From NCBI GenBank assembly GCA_043798445.1, contig JAZDOQ010000027.1, positions 1,265 through 65,264 of the forward strand: a DNA stretch of 64,000 nucleotides, read 5' to 3'. The stretch is from Candidatus Gottesmanbacteria bacterium. Lineage in GTDB: Bacteria; Patescibacteriota; Microgenomatia; UBA10105; UBA927. Positions 43,190 through 52,640 of this stretch are shown piece after piece. Below the pieces are notes generated by a model. The model made no database searches. It saw only the letters and a program-made list of their open reading frames with translations, and was not told the origin of the DNA. Each line of letters opens with the position of its first letter. Position 1 is the stretch's first letter. Position numbers and translations under genes: made by a program.

Positions 43190-43224
43190 TCCTGGTATAA
43201 TTCTTTCTGCTCAAGCGAAGTTCA

Positions 43225-44358
43225 TTGTTTGTTGATGAAGTGGTAACAAACGGGGACTCACGGTATATTATGACAAAAGTAAAAACTATTACTAGTGCTG
43301 AAGAACTTCTAAAAGAAGGAAAAGAAAACGGTTTCATTTCCCAGGAAGATATCCTCTTTTTATATCCAAAACCAGAAGATCATATCGTTGACATCGATCG
43401 CCTTTACGATAAATTGATAAGAGCTGGGATTGACGTGTTTGAAACGACATCAGCAGATGTTGAAAAAGAAGCGGGGAAAAGTATTGAAGAACTGGAAAAA
43501 GAAATTGAATCCCTTGTCACCTCAAGCGCTGAGCCGGTATCAGATCCGGTCCGCATGTATTTAAAAGAAATCGGTCGCATTCCACTTCTGAAGTTTGAAG
43601 ATGAAATCTATTTAGCTAAACGCTATGAAAAAGGAGACAAAAAAGCAAAGAAAAAACTTACTGAATCCAATCTTCGTCTTGTTGTATCTATTGCTAAAAA
43701 ATACATAGGTCGAGGCATGAGCTTGCTTGACCTCATCCAAGAAGGAAATCAGGGACTCATCAGGGCTGTTGAAAAATATGATTGGCGCAAAGGATATAAA
43801 TTTTCTACGTATGCAACATGGTGGATACGGCAAGCCATTACCCGTGCTATTGCCGATCAAGCCCGTACGATCCGCATTCCTGTTCATATGGTGGAAACGA
43901 TTAATCGGTTTGCGCGAATTTCCCGTCGCCTCATGCAGGACCTTGGTCGTGAGCCATTCCCTGAAGAAATTGCAAAAGCCATGGAAGTGGATGTGACAAA
44001 GGTACGAGAAATAATGAAAGTGTCGCAAGAGCCAACCAGTCTTGAAACACCAGTGGGAGATGAAGAAGATAGTCATCTCGGAGATTTCATTTCTGATCCG
44101 GGACCAACACCGTATGATCAGACATCAAAACAATTATTAAAAGAACATATGGAAGAAGTGTTAACAACACTTTCTGACCGTGAGAAAAAAGTATTAATTT
44201 TGCGGTTTGGTCTTGAAGATGGGAAACCGCGGACATTAGAGGAGGTTGGAGCAATGTTTGGCGTTACCCGAGAACGTATCAGACAAATTGAGGCAAAAGC
44301 GTTGAGAAAGCTTCGTCATCCTTCACGGAGCAAAAAGCTCAAGGATTACCTAGAATAA
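43225..44358 (+). CDS. rpoD: RNA polymerase primary sigma factor
   Basis: Region 2 [37 protein letters not shown], and region 4 [29 protein letters not shown]. Immediately downstream of dnaG. Confidence 0.85.
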   Translation: MFVDEVVTNGDSRYIMTKVKTITSAEELLKEGKENGFISQEDILFLYPKPEDHIVDIDRLYDKLIRAGIDVFETTSADVEKEAGKSIEELEKEIESLVTSSAEPVSDPVRMYLKEIGRIPLLKFEDEIYLAKRYEKGDKKAKKKLTESNLRLVVSIAKKYIGRGMSLLDLIQEGNQGLIRAVEKYDWRKGYKFSTYATWWIRQAITRAIADQARTIRIPVHMVETINRFARISRRLMQDLGREPFPEEIAKAMEVDVTKVREIMKVSQEPTSLETPVGDEEDSHLGDFISDPGPTPYDQTSKQLLKEHMEEVLTTLSDREKKVLILRFGLEDGKPRTLEEVGAMFGVTRERIRQIEAKALRKLRHPSRSKKLKDYLE

Positions 44359-44388
44359 CAGCCGTACTGTCATACAGTATATTTTCCT

Positions 44389-45546
44389 ATGATAGATCAC
44401 TACCAACCATATTTATTTCCATTTTTGGGTTCCCGCGCATCGTATCCCAATCCATTGGTAAAACGATATTATTATTGGTCATGGGAAGATGGGTTGTGGG
44501 ATTTATTGCGAGGGAAACATGTTGAAAAGGGGAGCACAATTTTAATCCCAGATTTCTATTGTTCAGATGTTATCAACAACATTCGTACGCATGGATATAC
44601 CGTTGTTTTGTACCGATTAGATCAACACTTTCAAGTAAAAAAACAAACATTGCTTAATAGCATTAGGAGGCACAATCCATCCGTTGTTATTGTATTTCAT
44701 GTGTGTGGTGTTAAAAGTACGGTTATGACAAAGCCAACATGGATGAAAAAAAGCGCAAAGGAAACGATTATTGTTGAAGATTCCGTTCATCAGCTTTTGA
44801 CACCCTCTCTGGTGAAACCATTATCAGATAATCATTTTATTATGGATAGTTTACGAAAAGTTAGCCCACTGTATGGGAGTTTCTTGTATGGAACAAAAAA
44901 AGGGTTACACTTTCATCAGACGAACAAAACATGGTCGTTCTACACCATGTATTCATTATTGTTGTATGGATTATTTCGTATCGTTTTGACCGCTGGGCAT
45001 GTGTTTAATCAACCGTCGCTTGCTGTATTTGCACACGAAAAATTACTAAAGTTTCATGACAATGTCATTGGAGATAGTATGCGTTCATATCGCGGATGTA
45101 CCTTATTTTCTTGGATGACACAATGGATTTATACAACACGAGTAGAACGAATAAAGCGAGAGCAAGTAAAAATGTATGAACATACGTTTAAATCTTTGTG
45201 GGGAAGAAGATCACCATTGTATAGGATACAAATGAAACGAAGTGATTATGGAAAACTTCACGTATACCCAGTTGGTCTTCGTCAAAAAACATCAGTTGAA
45301 CTTCTGTCTTATTTACGAAGTAAAAAAATTATTGTCTGGCCGAAATTTTCAGACAGTGTGTGGGCAAAGAAACGCGATGTGTTGTTTTTTCCGCTTGGGT
45401 TTCATATGAATAAACAAAAGATTAAAGTAATTGCAAAAGCGCTCGTGAGTTGGAAAACGGGAGCGTGGAAGCAGGAAAAAACAACAGTGAAAAATCCATC
45501 TCCTCATTTATTAGTTCGTGCAGCAGAAGTAATATTGTCGTTTTGA
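44389..45546 (+). CDS. hypothetical protein with distant DegT/DnrJ/EryC1-like (aminotransferase fold) traits
   Basis: ILIPDFYCSDVINNIRTHGYTVVLYRLD...SVVIVFHVCGV...IIVEDSVHQ...MDSLRKVSPL loosely follows the DegT pattern. No strong motif. Confidence 0.25.
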   Translation: MIDHYQPYLFPFLGSRASYPNPLVKRYYYWSWEDGLWDLLRGKHVEKGSTILIPDFYCSDVINNIRTHGYTVVLYRLDQHFQVKKQTLLNSIRRHNPSVVIVFHVCGVKSTVMTKPTWMKKSAKETIIVEDSVHQLLTPSLVKPLSDNHFIMDSLRKVSPLYGSFLYGTKKGLHFHQTNKTWSFYTMYSLLLYGLFRIVLTAGHVFNQPSLAVFAHEKLLKFHDNVIGDSMRSYRGCTLFSWMTQWIYTTRVERIKREQVKMYEHTFKSLWGRRSPLYRIQMKRSDYGKLHVYPVGLRQKTSVELLSYLRSKKIIVWPKFSDSVWAKKRDVLFFPLGFHMNKQKIKVIAKALVSWKTGAWKQEKTTVKNPSPHLLVRAAEVILSF

Positions 45547-45638
45547 CAGTTATATTTTTTTTGGATACAAATCTCTTTCAGTAAGACATTCATTCATAGA
45601 CATGCATTCTTTAGCTAATTTGAGTATGCGCCATGCTA

Positions 45639-46082
45639 TTATTTCCAACCAAATTCCGAGTAGAAAATATTTTTGCAAACACAGTGGATTGCATGGGAAA
45701 CATAGGGGACGACATCTCTTGGAAGTGCATCAAGGGGTGTCCAGACAAGTTGATTGCATTTTTCCGGTTCCATATTTTTCAGTGTTCCACTCCATGAATT
45801 GATCCGGAAGAAAAAATCTATACGAATATCATCACTTTTTCGATGCATGATATGGGAAAGAAGAAATTGAGAAGGAATTAGAGTTATTCCGACCTCTTCT
45901 CGCATTTCCCGAATAAGGGCTTGAGTAATTGTTTCTCCGTCTTCAACATGTCCTGCAGGAACACTTAATTTTCCGTCTGCATACCCTGTTTGGAATCTAC
46001 GGGAGAGCAAGATATTGTTTTTTTTGATAAAGAATGCATATGAGGAAGCGATCATTTTATATTGATGTTGCTTCATAGACAA
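45639..46082 (-). CDS. NUDIX hydrolase
   Basis: Nudix box VPAGHVEDGETITQALIREMREEVG. Confidence 0.7.
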   Translation of the reverse strand: MSMKQHQYKMIASSYAFFIKKNNILLSRRFQTGYADGKLSVPAGHVEDGETITQALIREMREEVGITLIPSQFLLSHIMHRKSDDIRIDFFFRINSWSGTLKNMEPEKCNQLVWTPLDALPRDVVPYVSHAIHCVCKNIFYSEFGWK

Positions 46083-46149
46083 AAAGAGTATAACAAATTA
46101 TATGGAGTTTGAGCTAGGTCAATGTTATAATACTCACGTTCATTAACAT

Positions 46150-46221
46150 TCCCCTGTAGCTCAATGGTAGAGCGGCTTCCTGTTAAGAAGAAGGTTCGAG
46201 GTTCGAATCCTCGCGGGGGAG
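46150..46221 (+). tRNA. tRNA-Asn (anticodon GTT)
   Basis: Acceptor TCCCCTG/CGGGGGA, D-arm TAGCTCAATGGTAGAGC, anticodon loop CTGTTAA, T-arm CGAGGTTCGAATCCTCG. Confidence 0.75.
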
Positions 46222-46268
46222 CACTTCGGCAAGCTCAGTGCAAGCCAAACACTATTATAATAGGAAGC

Positions 46269-46559
46269 ATGTGGTACGTTTATCTACTTCTTTGCGACCA
46301 GAAAACTTTTTACATTGGAATAACACCTGATATTAAATCAAGACTCATAGAGCACAGAAGTAAACAATCATTTTTCACAAAAAAGTTTTCTGATATTCAA
46401 TTGATGTACTGTGAAGAATATAAAGATAAGTTTGCAGCAGCAAAAAGGGAAAGACAGTTAAAAGGTTGGTCTGTCGCAAAGAAAAGATTATTAATCGAAG
46501 GAACCCTTGGAATTAATCGGTGCACTGAGCTTGTCGATGTCCTCAATCAGAGGATTTGA
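46269..46559 (+). CDS. small GIY-YIG nuclease-domain protein (cassette 1)
   Basis: YVYLLLCDQKTFYIGITPDIKSRLIEHRS. The start was moved to ATG 46269; the track ORF 46164 runs through the tRNA-Asn. Confidence 0.65.
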   Translation: MWYVYLLLCDQKTFYIGITPDIKSRLIEHRSKQSFFTKKFSDIQLMYCEEYKDKFAAAKRERQLKGWSVAKKRLLIEGTLGINRCTELVDVLNQRI

Positions 46560-46769
46560 TTTCGAATTTATCTTGAGCATTTCGGCGAGCTCAATGCGAG
46601 CTGAAATAGCCGAAAGATCCTCGCGGGGGAGCAAAATAGAGTTTAGAACGTATAGACAAGCTAAAATACTAACACAACATCAGCATTTAAGCCTTCTAAT
46701 TTTAGAGTACACCGTTTTTGACTTCTTAATAGTTGTATGGACCTCCTTGTATGATATTATAGGGGTATT
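46560..46769 (+). repeat. cassette-boundary element 0, containing an exact 17-nt direct repeat of the tRNA-Asn 3' end (ATCCTCGCGGGGGAGCA, 46617-46633 = 46207-46223)
   Basis: Nested hairpins (TTTCGGC...GCCGAAA; GAGCTC). The 3' part GAGCAAAATAGAGTTTAGAACG...ATCAGCATTTAAGCCTTCTAATTTTAG is shared with the elements at 48339 and 49872. Confidence 0.7.
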
Positions 46770-48329
46770 ATGCCTGATCCTGGTTTAGCCGAATTACCAT
46801 TAAGAAAATTAGAATTACCTCAATTTCAACAAGCAAAGATTCGTATTGAAAAATCAGCTCGAATAAAAAATGATTTACTTCCTACGCATAGTAGCCCAAA
46901 TGGTCAGCGATTGGCAGAGGTAGGAAATGTCGAGAAAAAATCTGTAGGATTAAAAGAAGGCGATAAATCTGGATTATCTGAAATTGCAATTGATATTCGT
47001 GGTTATCAGGAACAACGCTTTAAGATGAATTATGTTTCACCTGACGGTAAAAATATTACAGAATCTTTAGTGTTTTTCGTCAAAACGAGCCAGGCTGGAC
47101 AACCTGAATGGCTGACAGTTGGCGGACAACCATTAGCATTAAACGCTGACTTATATGACAGTCGTCAACCTAGTAATATACATGGTCAACAGAAGGATTG
47201 CGCGCGCACTTTTATCCCCCGCGTAGACGGTCGAGGAGCGTATACAGGCATTGTTAGTCTATTCGAACAACCACGAAATACAGGTAACGAAAATATATTA
47301 CCTAAAAGTGATGGTGGAAAAGGATCTTTACAAGTGCCTACTACACCAGATTTTGCTAGATCTTCTTTGCAGACAATGGCACATCCCGAACAGAATAATG
47401 ATTTGGTAAAGTATGAAGCAACTGCAAGAAAGCTAAAACTGGATGAGCAGAAACCACCTAAGCCAGATAGTATTATAGCTCCGGTTGTTGGTAACATGTT
47501 TGGTGAAGATGACCATCCGACTCTTGCTGGACGGGTGATATCAAGGGTATATGAGCAGTTGATACAACGTGATAATTTTAAAACTCCAAATTCTCGCGAA
47601 GAAGCTATTAAAATTAATGAACTTGGAAAACAAGTAATTCAAAAGACGGCAGACTATGCCAAAAGCAAATTGCTTCAACGCTGGAATAGTGGAGACCAAC
47701 GTATTGTATTTGGTAATAATCGACAACCTGGAACTGACGCTTTCCATTTTGACGGTGATGCTAATCCGGCAAAAGACCATGTTTTTTATTTTAATAAAGC
47801 CTCAAGGACATGGAAAAACGCGAATGAGTCACAAGTGAGAGCATACATAACATTATCTCCCCAACAAATAGATGCTCTTCCACAGCATTTTGTTGATTTG
47901 AGTCTTGAAATGTACGATGCTGGAATAGATTTTAACGGGAAAAGTTGTAGTTTATATGGGGCAATGCGTAGAACCGACAATATGGTCTTTTATATTAGTG
48001 CAAGCGATCAGGTAAAGGCATCTGAATTGATAAAAAATTATATGAATAAAAATGGCATAGGAAGAGGATATGTATCAGCAGCGATACCAAGTCCACAAGA
48101 AGGATTATCATGGGCTATGGACCCAAGTGAATCTCAGAAAAACACATGGCAGAAGGTGTCAGGTTCATCTGAAAAGGTTAGTTATAATGCTTATATAGCT
48201 ACAATGTGTATGCCTACATATTTAGATCGTTTAGCTGATGCTCAGAGTAAGGTTGGTGATAGTGTAAGTGCGGATATATATAGGCAGGAAGCCCAACGTG
48301 TTCGGTTGATAATTTCAGGATCAAGTTAA
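46770..48329 (+). CDS. 519-aa orphan protein (cassette 2)
   Basis: Long ORF with no recognisable motif. Confidence 0.4.
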   Translation: MPDPGLAELPLRKLELPQFQQAKIRIEKSARIKNDLLPTHSSPNGQRLAEVGNVEKKSVGLKEGDKSGLSEIAIDIRGYQEQRFKMNYVSPDGKNITESLVFFVKTSQAGQPEWLTVGGQPLALNADLYDSRQPSNIHGQQKDCARTFIPRVDGRGAYTGIVSLFEQPRNTGNENILPKSDGGKGSLQVPTTPDFARSSLQTMAHPEQNNDLVKYEATARKLKLDEQKPPKPDSIIAPVVGNMFGEDDHPTLAGRVISRVYEQLIQRDNFKTPNSREEAIKINELGKQVIQKTADYAKSKLLQRWNSGDQRIVFGNNRQPGTDAFHFDGDANPAKDHVFYFNKASRTWKNANESQVRAYITLSPQQIDALPQHFVDLSLEMYDAGIDFNGKSCSLYGAMRRTDNMVFYISASDQVKASELIKNYMNKNGIGRGYVSAAIPSPQEGLSWAMDPSESQKNTWQKVSGSSEKVSYNAYIATMCMPTYLDRLADAQSKVGDSVSADIYRQEAQRVRLIISGSS

Positions 48330-48338
48330 GATATAATA

Positions 48339-48445
48339 AGTCCGAACATCATCCATTGCTCGGAGCAAATGATGGTTTAGAGCGTATTGACAATCTAAAC
48401 CACTAATTAAAACATCAGCATTTAAGCCTTCTGATTTTAGTTTAC
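48339..48445 (+). repeat. cassette-boundary element A
   Basis: AAGTCCGAACATCATCCATTGCTCGGAGCAAATGATGGTTTAGAGCGTATTGACAATCTAAACCACTAATTAAAACATCAGCATTTAAGCCTTCTGATTTTAG. It contains the imperfect hairpin CATCATCCATTGCTC-GG-AGCAAATGATGG. The GTCCGAACATC...CGGAGCAA part aligns to the tRNA-Asn T-arm/acceptor 3' strand. Confidence 0.7.
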
Positions 48446-48500
48446 TACGTCTTGATGTAATTGTTATATTTTTTCTAATTTGTATATAATAGAGTAAGTT

Positions 48501-49811
48501 ATGAAAAAAATATTCATTATATTAACTTTTTTTCTCTCTTTTTTTATTCTTTTGGATTTAATACGTAGTTCCAATTCTATTAAAGCTCAAGGAAATGACC
48601 ATGTTCCAGGACAAATTTTAGTTAAATTTAAAGAAAATACTTCCCAGGAGGAAATCAACAGACAGCTTAATGGTCATCGGGCAAGCGTGAAAGAAAAAAT
48701 AGAAAAACTCGGCGTTTTAGTACTTCGGGTTCCGGAAGTTGCCCAGGATCAAGTGTTAACAGCTTTGTCAAAAAATACTCATGTAGAGTTTGCGGAATTT
48801 GATTATCTTGCGGAAACCTTTACCATTCCGAATGATCCTGACTTTGGTAATCAATGGGGTTTGGAAAATATTGGGCAGACAATTCAAGGTGTTCCTGGAA
48901 TAATTGATGTAGATATTGATGCGTCAACAGCTTGGAATATCACTCAAGGTGGGGTAAAAGTAGCCATTCTTGATACTGGAATTGATCAATATCATGAGGA
49001 TTTAGACTCACAAATTGTTGTAAACAAAGACTTTACTGGTTCAACGTCAGGATATAACGATATTTATGGACACGGGACTCATGTTAGCGGAATAGTGGCG
49101 GCACGAACTAATAACGGTATGGGGGGAGCGGGAGTTTGTCCTAACTGTCAATTGATGAATGGTAAAGTATTAAATGATAGTGCCTCAGGTGCTTATTCTT
49201 GGATAGCAAGCGGTATAACATGGGCAACAGATAATGGTGCAAAAGTTATCAATATGAGCTTAGGTGGTTCAACCCCATCAAAAACACTTGAGAGTGCAGT
49301 AAATTATGCATGGAATAACGGTGTCGTCGTCGTCGCCGCTGCAGGTAACTCTGGAAATACATCAAAAACATATCCCGCAGCTTATGTAAATGCCATTGCG
49401 GTTGCCGCAACTGATAATCAAGATAAAAAGGCTACGTTTTCAGAATACGGTAGTTGGGTGGATGTCGCCGCTCCCGGTGTTCATATTTATTCAACATGGA
49501 ATGATGAAACGAGCACTTCGGCACCTTATCCAGTATGTTATTCACCAACGCAATGTTATAAATATGCATCAGGAACTTCTATGTCTACTCCTATGACTAC
49601 GGGAGTAGTTGCGTTGATTTGGTCGACAGGAAAATATACAACCGCTTCAGAAGTAAGAAGTAGACTTGAATTGACCGCTGATAAAATAACAGGAACAGGA
49701 ACATATTGGTTAGCAGGAAGAATAAATGCTGGTAACGCAGTGGGTGATTATATTGCGCCAACTCCTACTCCTACACCAACTTCAAAACCAAAACCCGGCC
49801 GGAATAAGTAG
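48501..49811 (+). CDS. secreted subtilisin-like (S8) serine protease (cassette 3)
   Basis: Signal peptide; catalytic triad motifs DTGIDQYHEDL, HGTHVSGIVAA and GTSMSTPMTTGVVAL. C-terminus PTPTPTPTSKPKP. Confidence 0.85.
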   Translation: MKKIFIILTFFLSFFILLDLIRSSNSIKAQGNDHVPGQILVKFKENTSQEEINRQLNGHRASVKEKIEKLGVLVLRVPEVAQDQVLTALSKNTHVEFAEFDYLAETFTIPNDPDFGNQWGLENIGQTIQGVPGIIDVDIDASTAWNITQGGVKVAILDTGIDQYHEDLDSQIVVNKDFTGSTSGYNDIYGHGTHVSGIVAARTNNGMGGAGVCPNCQLMNGKVLNDSASGAYSWIASGITWATDNGAKVINMSLGGSTPSKTLESAVNYAWNNGVVVVAAAGNSGNTSKTYPAAYVNAIAVAATDNQDKKATFSEYGSWVDVAAPGVHIYSTWNDETSTSAPYPVCYSPTQCYKYASGTSMSTPMTTGVVALIWSTGKYTTASEVRSRLELTADKITGTGTYWLAGRINAGNAVGDYIAPTPTPTPTSKPKPGRNK

Positions 49812-49848
49812 AGCTCAATAAGAGATAGGTTTAGTTTTAGCAAATACT

Positions 49849-49864
49849 TAACATCTAGATGTTA
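49849..49864 (+). promoter_or_regulatory. perfect 16-nt palindrome TAACATCTAGATGTTA downstream of the S8 protease gene
   Basis: Self-complementary 16-mer that is not followed by a T-run. It could be an operator or a hairpin. Confidence 0.35.
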
Positions 49865-49871
49865 TAAAATA

Positions 49872-49990
49872 AGTTCGAACATCATCCATTGCTCGGAGCC
49901 AGTGATAGTTTGGAGCGTATTGACAATCTAAACTACTAATTAAACATCAGCATTTAAGCCCTCTAATTCTAATTTACAATGTTTTGATAT
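49872..49990 (+). repeat. cassette-boundary element B (about 85% identical to A)
   Basis: AAGTTCGAACATCATCCATTGCTCGGAGCCAGTGATAGTTTGGAGCGTATTGACAATCTAAACTACTAATTAAACATCAGCATTTAAGCCCTCTAATTCTAATTTACAATG. Confidence 0.7.
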
Positions 49991-49999
49991 ACTTCGGTT

Positions 50000-50467
50000 A
50001 TGGAAGAAAAAAGAAAAGACTTTCAAATTGTTGAGTTTCAACCTAAGTACCAAACAATGGTTATTGATCTTATTAGTAAAGTTTTGCGAGACCAGAAAGT
50101 TATTCCTGATTCTACGGAACCAATAGATGATGAAGATTTACATTATATTCCAAGGATATATTTCGGTAAGGGAAGGTTCTGGGTTGCAGTACATAAAGAA
50201 AATGTGATCGGAACGGTTGCAATAAGAGATACGGGAGGTAATACAGCTAAATTAAATCGTATGTTTGTGGAGACTCAATTTCATGGAACTGGTATTGGTC
50301 AGACATTATTAGATTACGCTTTGGGTTTTGCAAGAGAACAGGGATTTAGGGAGATAATTTTGAATACGCATCTACTAATGAAAAGAGCGCACCGTTTTTA
50401 TGAGAAAAACGGGTTTCAGAAAGTAAAAAAGGTTTCCGATACATATCATTATCAACGTAGTTTGTGA
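50000..50467 (+). CDS. GNAT family N-acetyltransferase (cassette 4)
   Basis: Acetyl-CoA-binding region FHGTGIGQTLLDYALGFAREQGFREIIL; 155 aa. Confidence 0.75.
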   Translation: MEEKRKDFQIVEFQPKYQTMVIDLISKVLRDQKVIPDSTEPIDDEDLHYIPRIYFGKGRFWVAVHKENVIGTVAIRDTGGNTAKLNRMFVETQFHGTGIGQTLLDYALGFAREQGFREIILNTHLLMKRAHRFYEKNGFQKVKKVSDTYHYQRSL

Positions 50468-50474
50468 GATAAAA

Positions 50475-50520
50475 AGTCCGAACATCGTCCATTGCTCGGA
50501 GCAGAAATGAGTGGAAATAA
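50475..50520 (+). repeat. cassette-boundary element C (5' part only: AGTCCGAACATCGTCCATTGCTCGGAGCAGAAATGAGTGG)
   Basis: Same GTCCGAACATC / CCATTGCTCGGAGCA motif pair as A/B. The 3' part is replaced by a different promoter region. Confidence 0.6.
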
Positions 50521-50525
50521 AGCCA

Positions 50526-50598
50526 AAATCGTGAATTTATATCAATTTTTACCTATTTTTCACGATTATGTTGACAAAATCGTGAATAAGTGTATAAT
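50526..50598 (+). promoter_or_regulatory. sigma-70-like promoter TTGACA-16-TATAAT for the Fic gene, embedded in AAATCGTGAA / TTCACGATT repeats (candidate operator)
   Basis: AAATCGTGAAT at 50526 and 50577 (direct repeats), TTCACGATT at 50559 (inverted), TTGACA at 50571-50576, TATAAT at 50593-50598. Confidence 0.5.
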
Positions 50599-50606
50599 TC
50601 GACTAT

Positions 50607-51485
50607 ATGGCCAAAACACTTAATATTTTTAATAAGATACGTTCTCTTCGTCAAAGATACTATCAAACAGCAATTGGTAAAGAGGCCCTTATTCAACTGA
50701 TTAACGAAGCTGAAGTCGCTGACCAGGTTTATAACTCTAACGCTATTGAAAACAGTACGTTGACTCTCGAAGAAACTGAAAAAATTCTTCTCCAAATTGA
50801 TTTGGATCGATATGTAACCGAACGGGAAATTTTTGAAACGAAGAATTTGGCACGGGTCGTTTCATACATAGATAAAAAAGCCAAGGAGCAGGAACTGACG
50901 TTGGACGTGATTTTATTTCTTCATAAAATGCTGATCTCTAATATTCGAGATGATGTTGCCGGAAGATTCAGAAAAGATAATGAATTTGTTCGAGTCGGTA
51001 GCCATATAGCCCCTGCTCCAAAAGAAATTACTGAGCGACTAGAAAACATGTTGGCGACACATAACGCTGCTAGTCATGAGCTTATTATTAAGCGTATCGC
51101 TCGTTTACATTTGACGTTTGAATACATCCATCCTTTTGTTGACGGGAATGGTCGTATTGGACGAGCAATCAATAATTATTTGCTTATTCGAGAAGGGTTT
51201 GTTCCCATAAACATAAAGTTTATTGATAGGAAAAAATATTACGAGGCGTTTAAAGAATTTGATGGAAAAGAAGTAACGACGGTGATGGAAGAAATGGTGG
51301 GAAAAGCATTAACGAACAGTTATCACAAACGACTTGTGTATCTGGAGGGTAAAAAAATCATTACATTATCCGATTATGCTAAAAGTAATAAGCTTTCTCA
51401 TTCCAATCTTATAAATAAAGCCGGTCGACAAACTATTGAAGCTTTTTTGGAAAAGAATATTTGGAAAATTGGTGCCGACAAATGA
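50607..51485 (+). CDS. Fic/Doc family protein (cassette 5)
   Basis: Canonical Fic motif HPFVDGNGRIGR. Confidence 0.85.
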   Translation: MAKTLNIFNKIRSLRQRYYQTAIGKEALIQLINEAEVADQVYNSNAIENSTLTLEETEKILLQIDLDRYVTEREIFETKNLARVVSYIDKKAKEQELTLDVILFLHKMLISNIRDDVAGRFRKDNEFVRVGSHIAPAPKEITERLENMLATHNAASHELIIKRIARLHLTFEYIHPFVDGNGRIGRAINNYLLIREGFVPINIKFIDRKKYYEAFKEFDGKEVTTVMEEMVGKALTNSYHKRLVYLEGKKIITLSDYAKSNKLSHSNLINKAGRQTIEAFLEKNIWKIGADK

Positions 51486-51496
51486 GCTATTATCAT

Positions 51497-51551
51497 ATCA
51501 GCATTTAAGCCTTCTAATATTAGTTTACAATGTTCTTGATATACTATTTGT
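51497..51551 (+). repeat. cassette-boundary element D (3' part only: ATCAGCATTTAAGCCTTCTAATATTAGTTTACAATGTTCTTGATATACT)
   Basis: Matches the 3' halves of elements 0/A/B and runs up to the ATG of the next gene. Confidence 0.6.
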
Positions 51552-52544
51552 ATGACACTTTTAAAACCACCAAAACTTCAACGAGGGGATACAATTGGTA
51601 TTGTGGCCACTTCTTTTCCTTTACCTAGAAATGAATTTCCAGATTCATCCTACATTCAAGAATACAAAATCGCTATCCAAGAGTTGGAAAATATGGGTTT
51701 CAAAGTTAAGGAAGGGAAAAACTTAAATAGAGTAAAATGGTGGTTTGCGGGAACTGCTCAAGAAAGAGCGACAGACATAAATGAAATGTTTACCGACCCA
51801 GAAGTTAAAGCAATCATGGTTCATGAAGGAGGACAGTCAGCAATTGCAGTATTGGAATTAATTGACTATGAGCTTGTAAAAAAGCACCCAAAACCCTTCA
51901 TTGGTTTTTCTGATGTGACAAACATTCATATAGCTTTGCATGCACAAACAGGTCTTGTTGGATTTCATGGACCGCTTTTAACTTATAGTCTTGGCAAAAT
52001 ATGGGAGAAATATTTACCTGACAAAAAAGAAGAAGGAAAATCACGACTATTGAATATGTTAACTTCAGACAAACCTGCTGGAGTTATTTCACCCTTTACC
52101 GAGTGGCAATGTTGGAAAGAGGGGGAAGCAGAAGGCACTTTATTTGGTGGGAATTTAGGAAACCTTGCATCATTAGTTGGAACAAAATATTTTCCCAAGC
52201 TTGATGATATTCAAAACTCGATACTTTTTTGGGAAATTGATAATGTACCATCATACAGAATTGAAAAAGGATTGTATCAGCTCAAATATGCGGGAATATT
52301 AGATTGCATATCCGGAATGTTGGTTGGTAAGCTACCTGATATTAAGAGAACTGCATGGGAAGGACTTCAAGAACCAACTCTAAAAGAGATTGTGTTGGAG
52401 ACATTGAAGGACTACAGCTTTCCTATAATTGGTGAAGTTGATTTTGGGCATAAAACAGTTGATACACCAATGCCCATTGGTATACGAGCCAAAATGATTG
52501 CTAAAGAATTACGTTTGGAGTTTTTAGAAGCTGCTGTTCAATAG
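51552..52544 (+). CDS. LD-carboxypeptidase (peptidase S66; LdcA/MccF-like) (cassette 6)
   Basis: LQRGDTIGIVATSFPL ... GFSDVTNIHIALH, typical S66 N-terminal nucleophile region; 330 aa. Confidence 0.7.
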   Translation: MTLLKPPKLQRGDTIGIVATSFPLPRNEFPDSSYIQEYKIAIQELENMGFKVKEGKNLNRVKWWFAGTAQERATDINEMFTDPEVKAIMVHEGGQSAIAVLELIDYELVKKHPKPFIGFSDVTNIHIALHAQTGLVGFHGPLLTYSLGKIWEKYLPDKKEEGKSRLLNMLTSDKPAGVISPFTEWQCWKEGEAEGTLFGGNLGNLASLVGTKYFPKLDDIQNSILFWEIDNVPSYRIEKGLYQLKYAGILDCISGMLVGKLPDIKRTAWEGLQEPTLKEIVLETLKDYSFPIIGEVDFGHKTVDTPMPIGIRAKMIAKELRLEFLEAAVQ

Positions 52545-52554
52545 TGCATATAGA

Positions 52555-52618
52555 AGGTTCGAACATCCTCACTGAAAATCAAATGATTTCCAGCATAAAC
52601 CATTGCGCGGAGCAAGAG
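52555..52618 (+). repeat. cassette-boundary element E
   Basis: AGGTTCGAACATCCTCACTGAAAATCAAATGATTTCCAGCATAAACCATTGCGCGGAGCAAG. The first 18 nt match the tRNA-Asn variable-loop/T-arm (GAAGGTTCGA..ATCCTC). Confidence 0.65.
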
Positions 52619-52640
52619 AAGCATTTGATATAATACATTC

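Noticed and set aside
46164-46268. N-terminal 35 codons of track ORF 46164-46559
   Set aside because: They overlap the tRNA-Asn gene. The GIY-YIG domain starts at MWYVY (ATG 46269).
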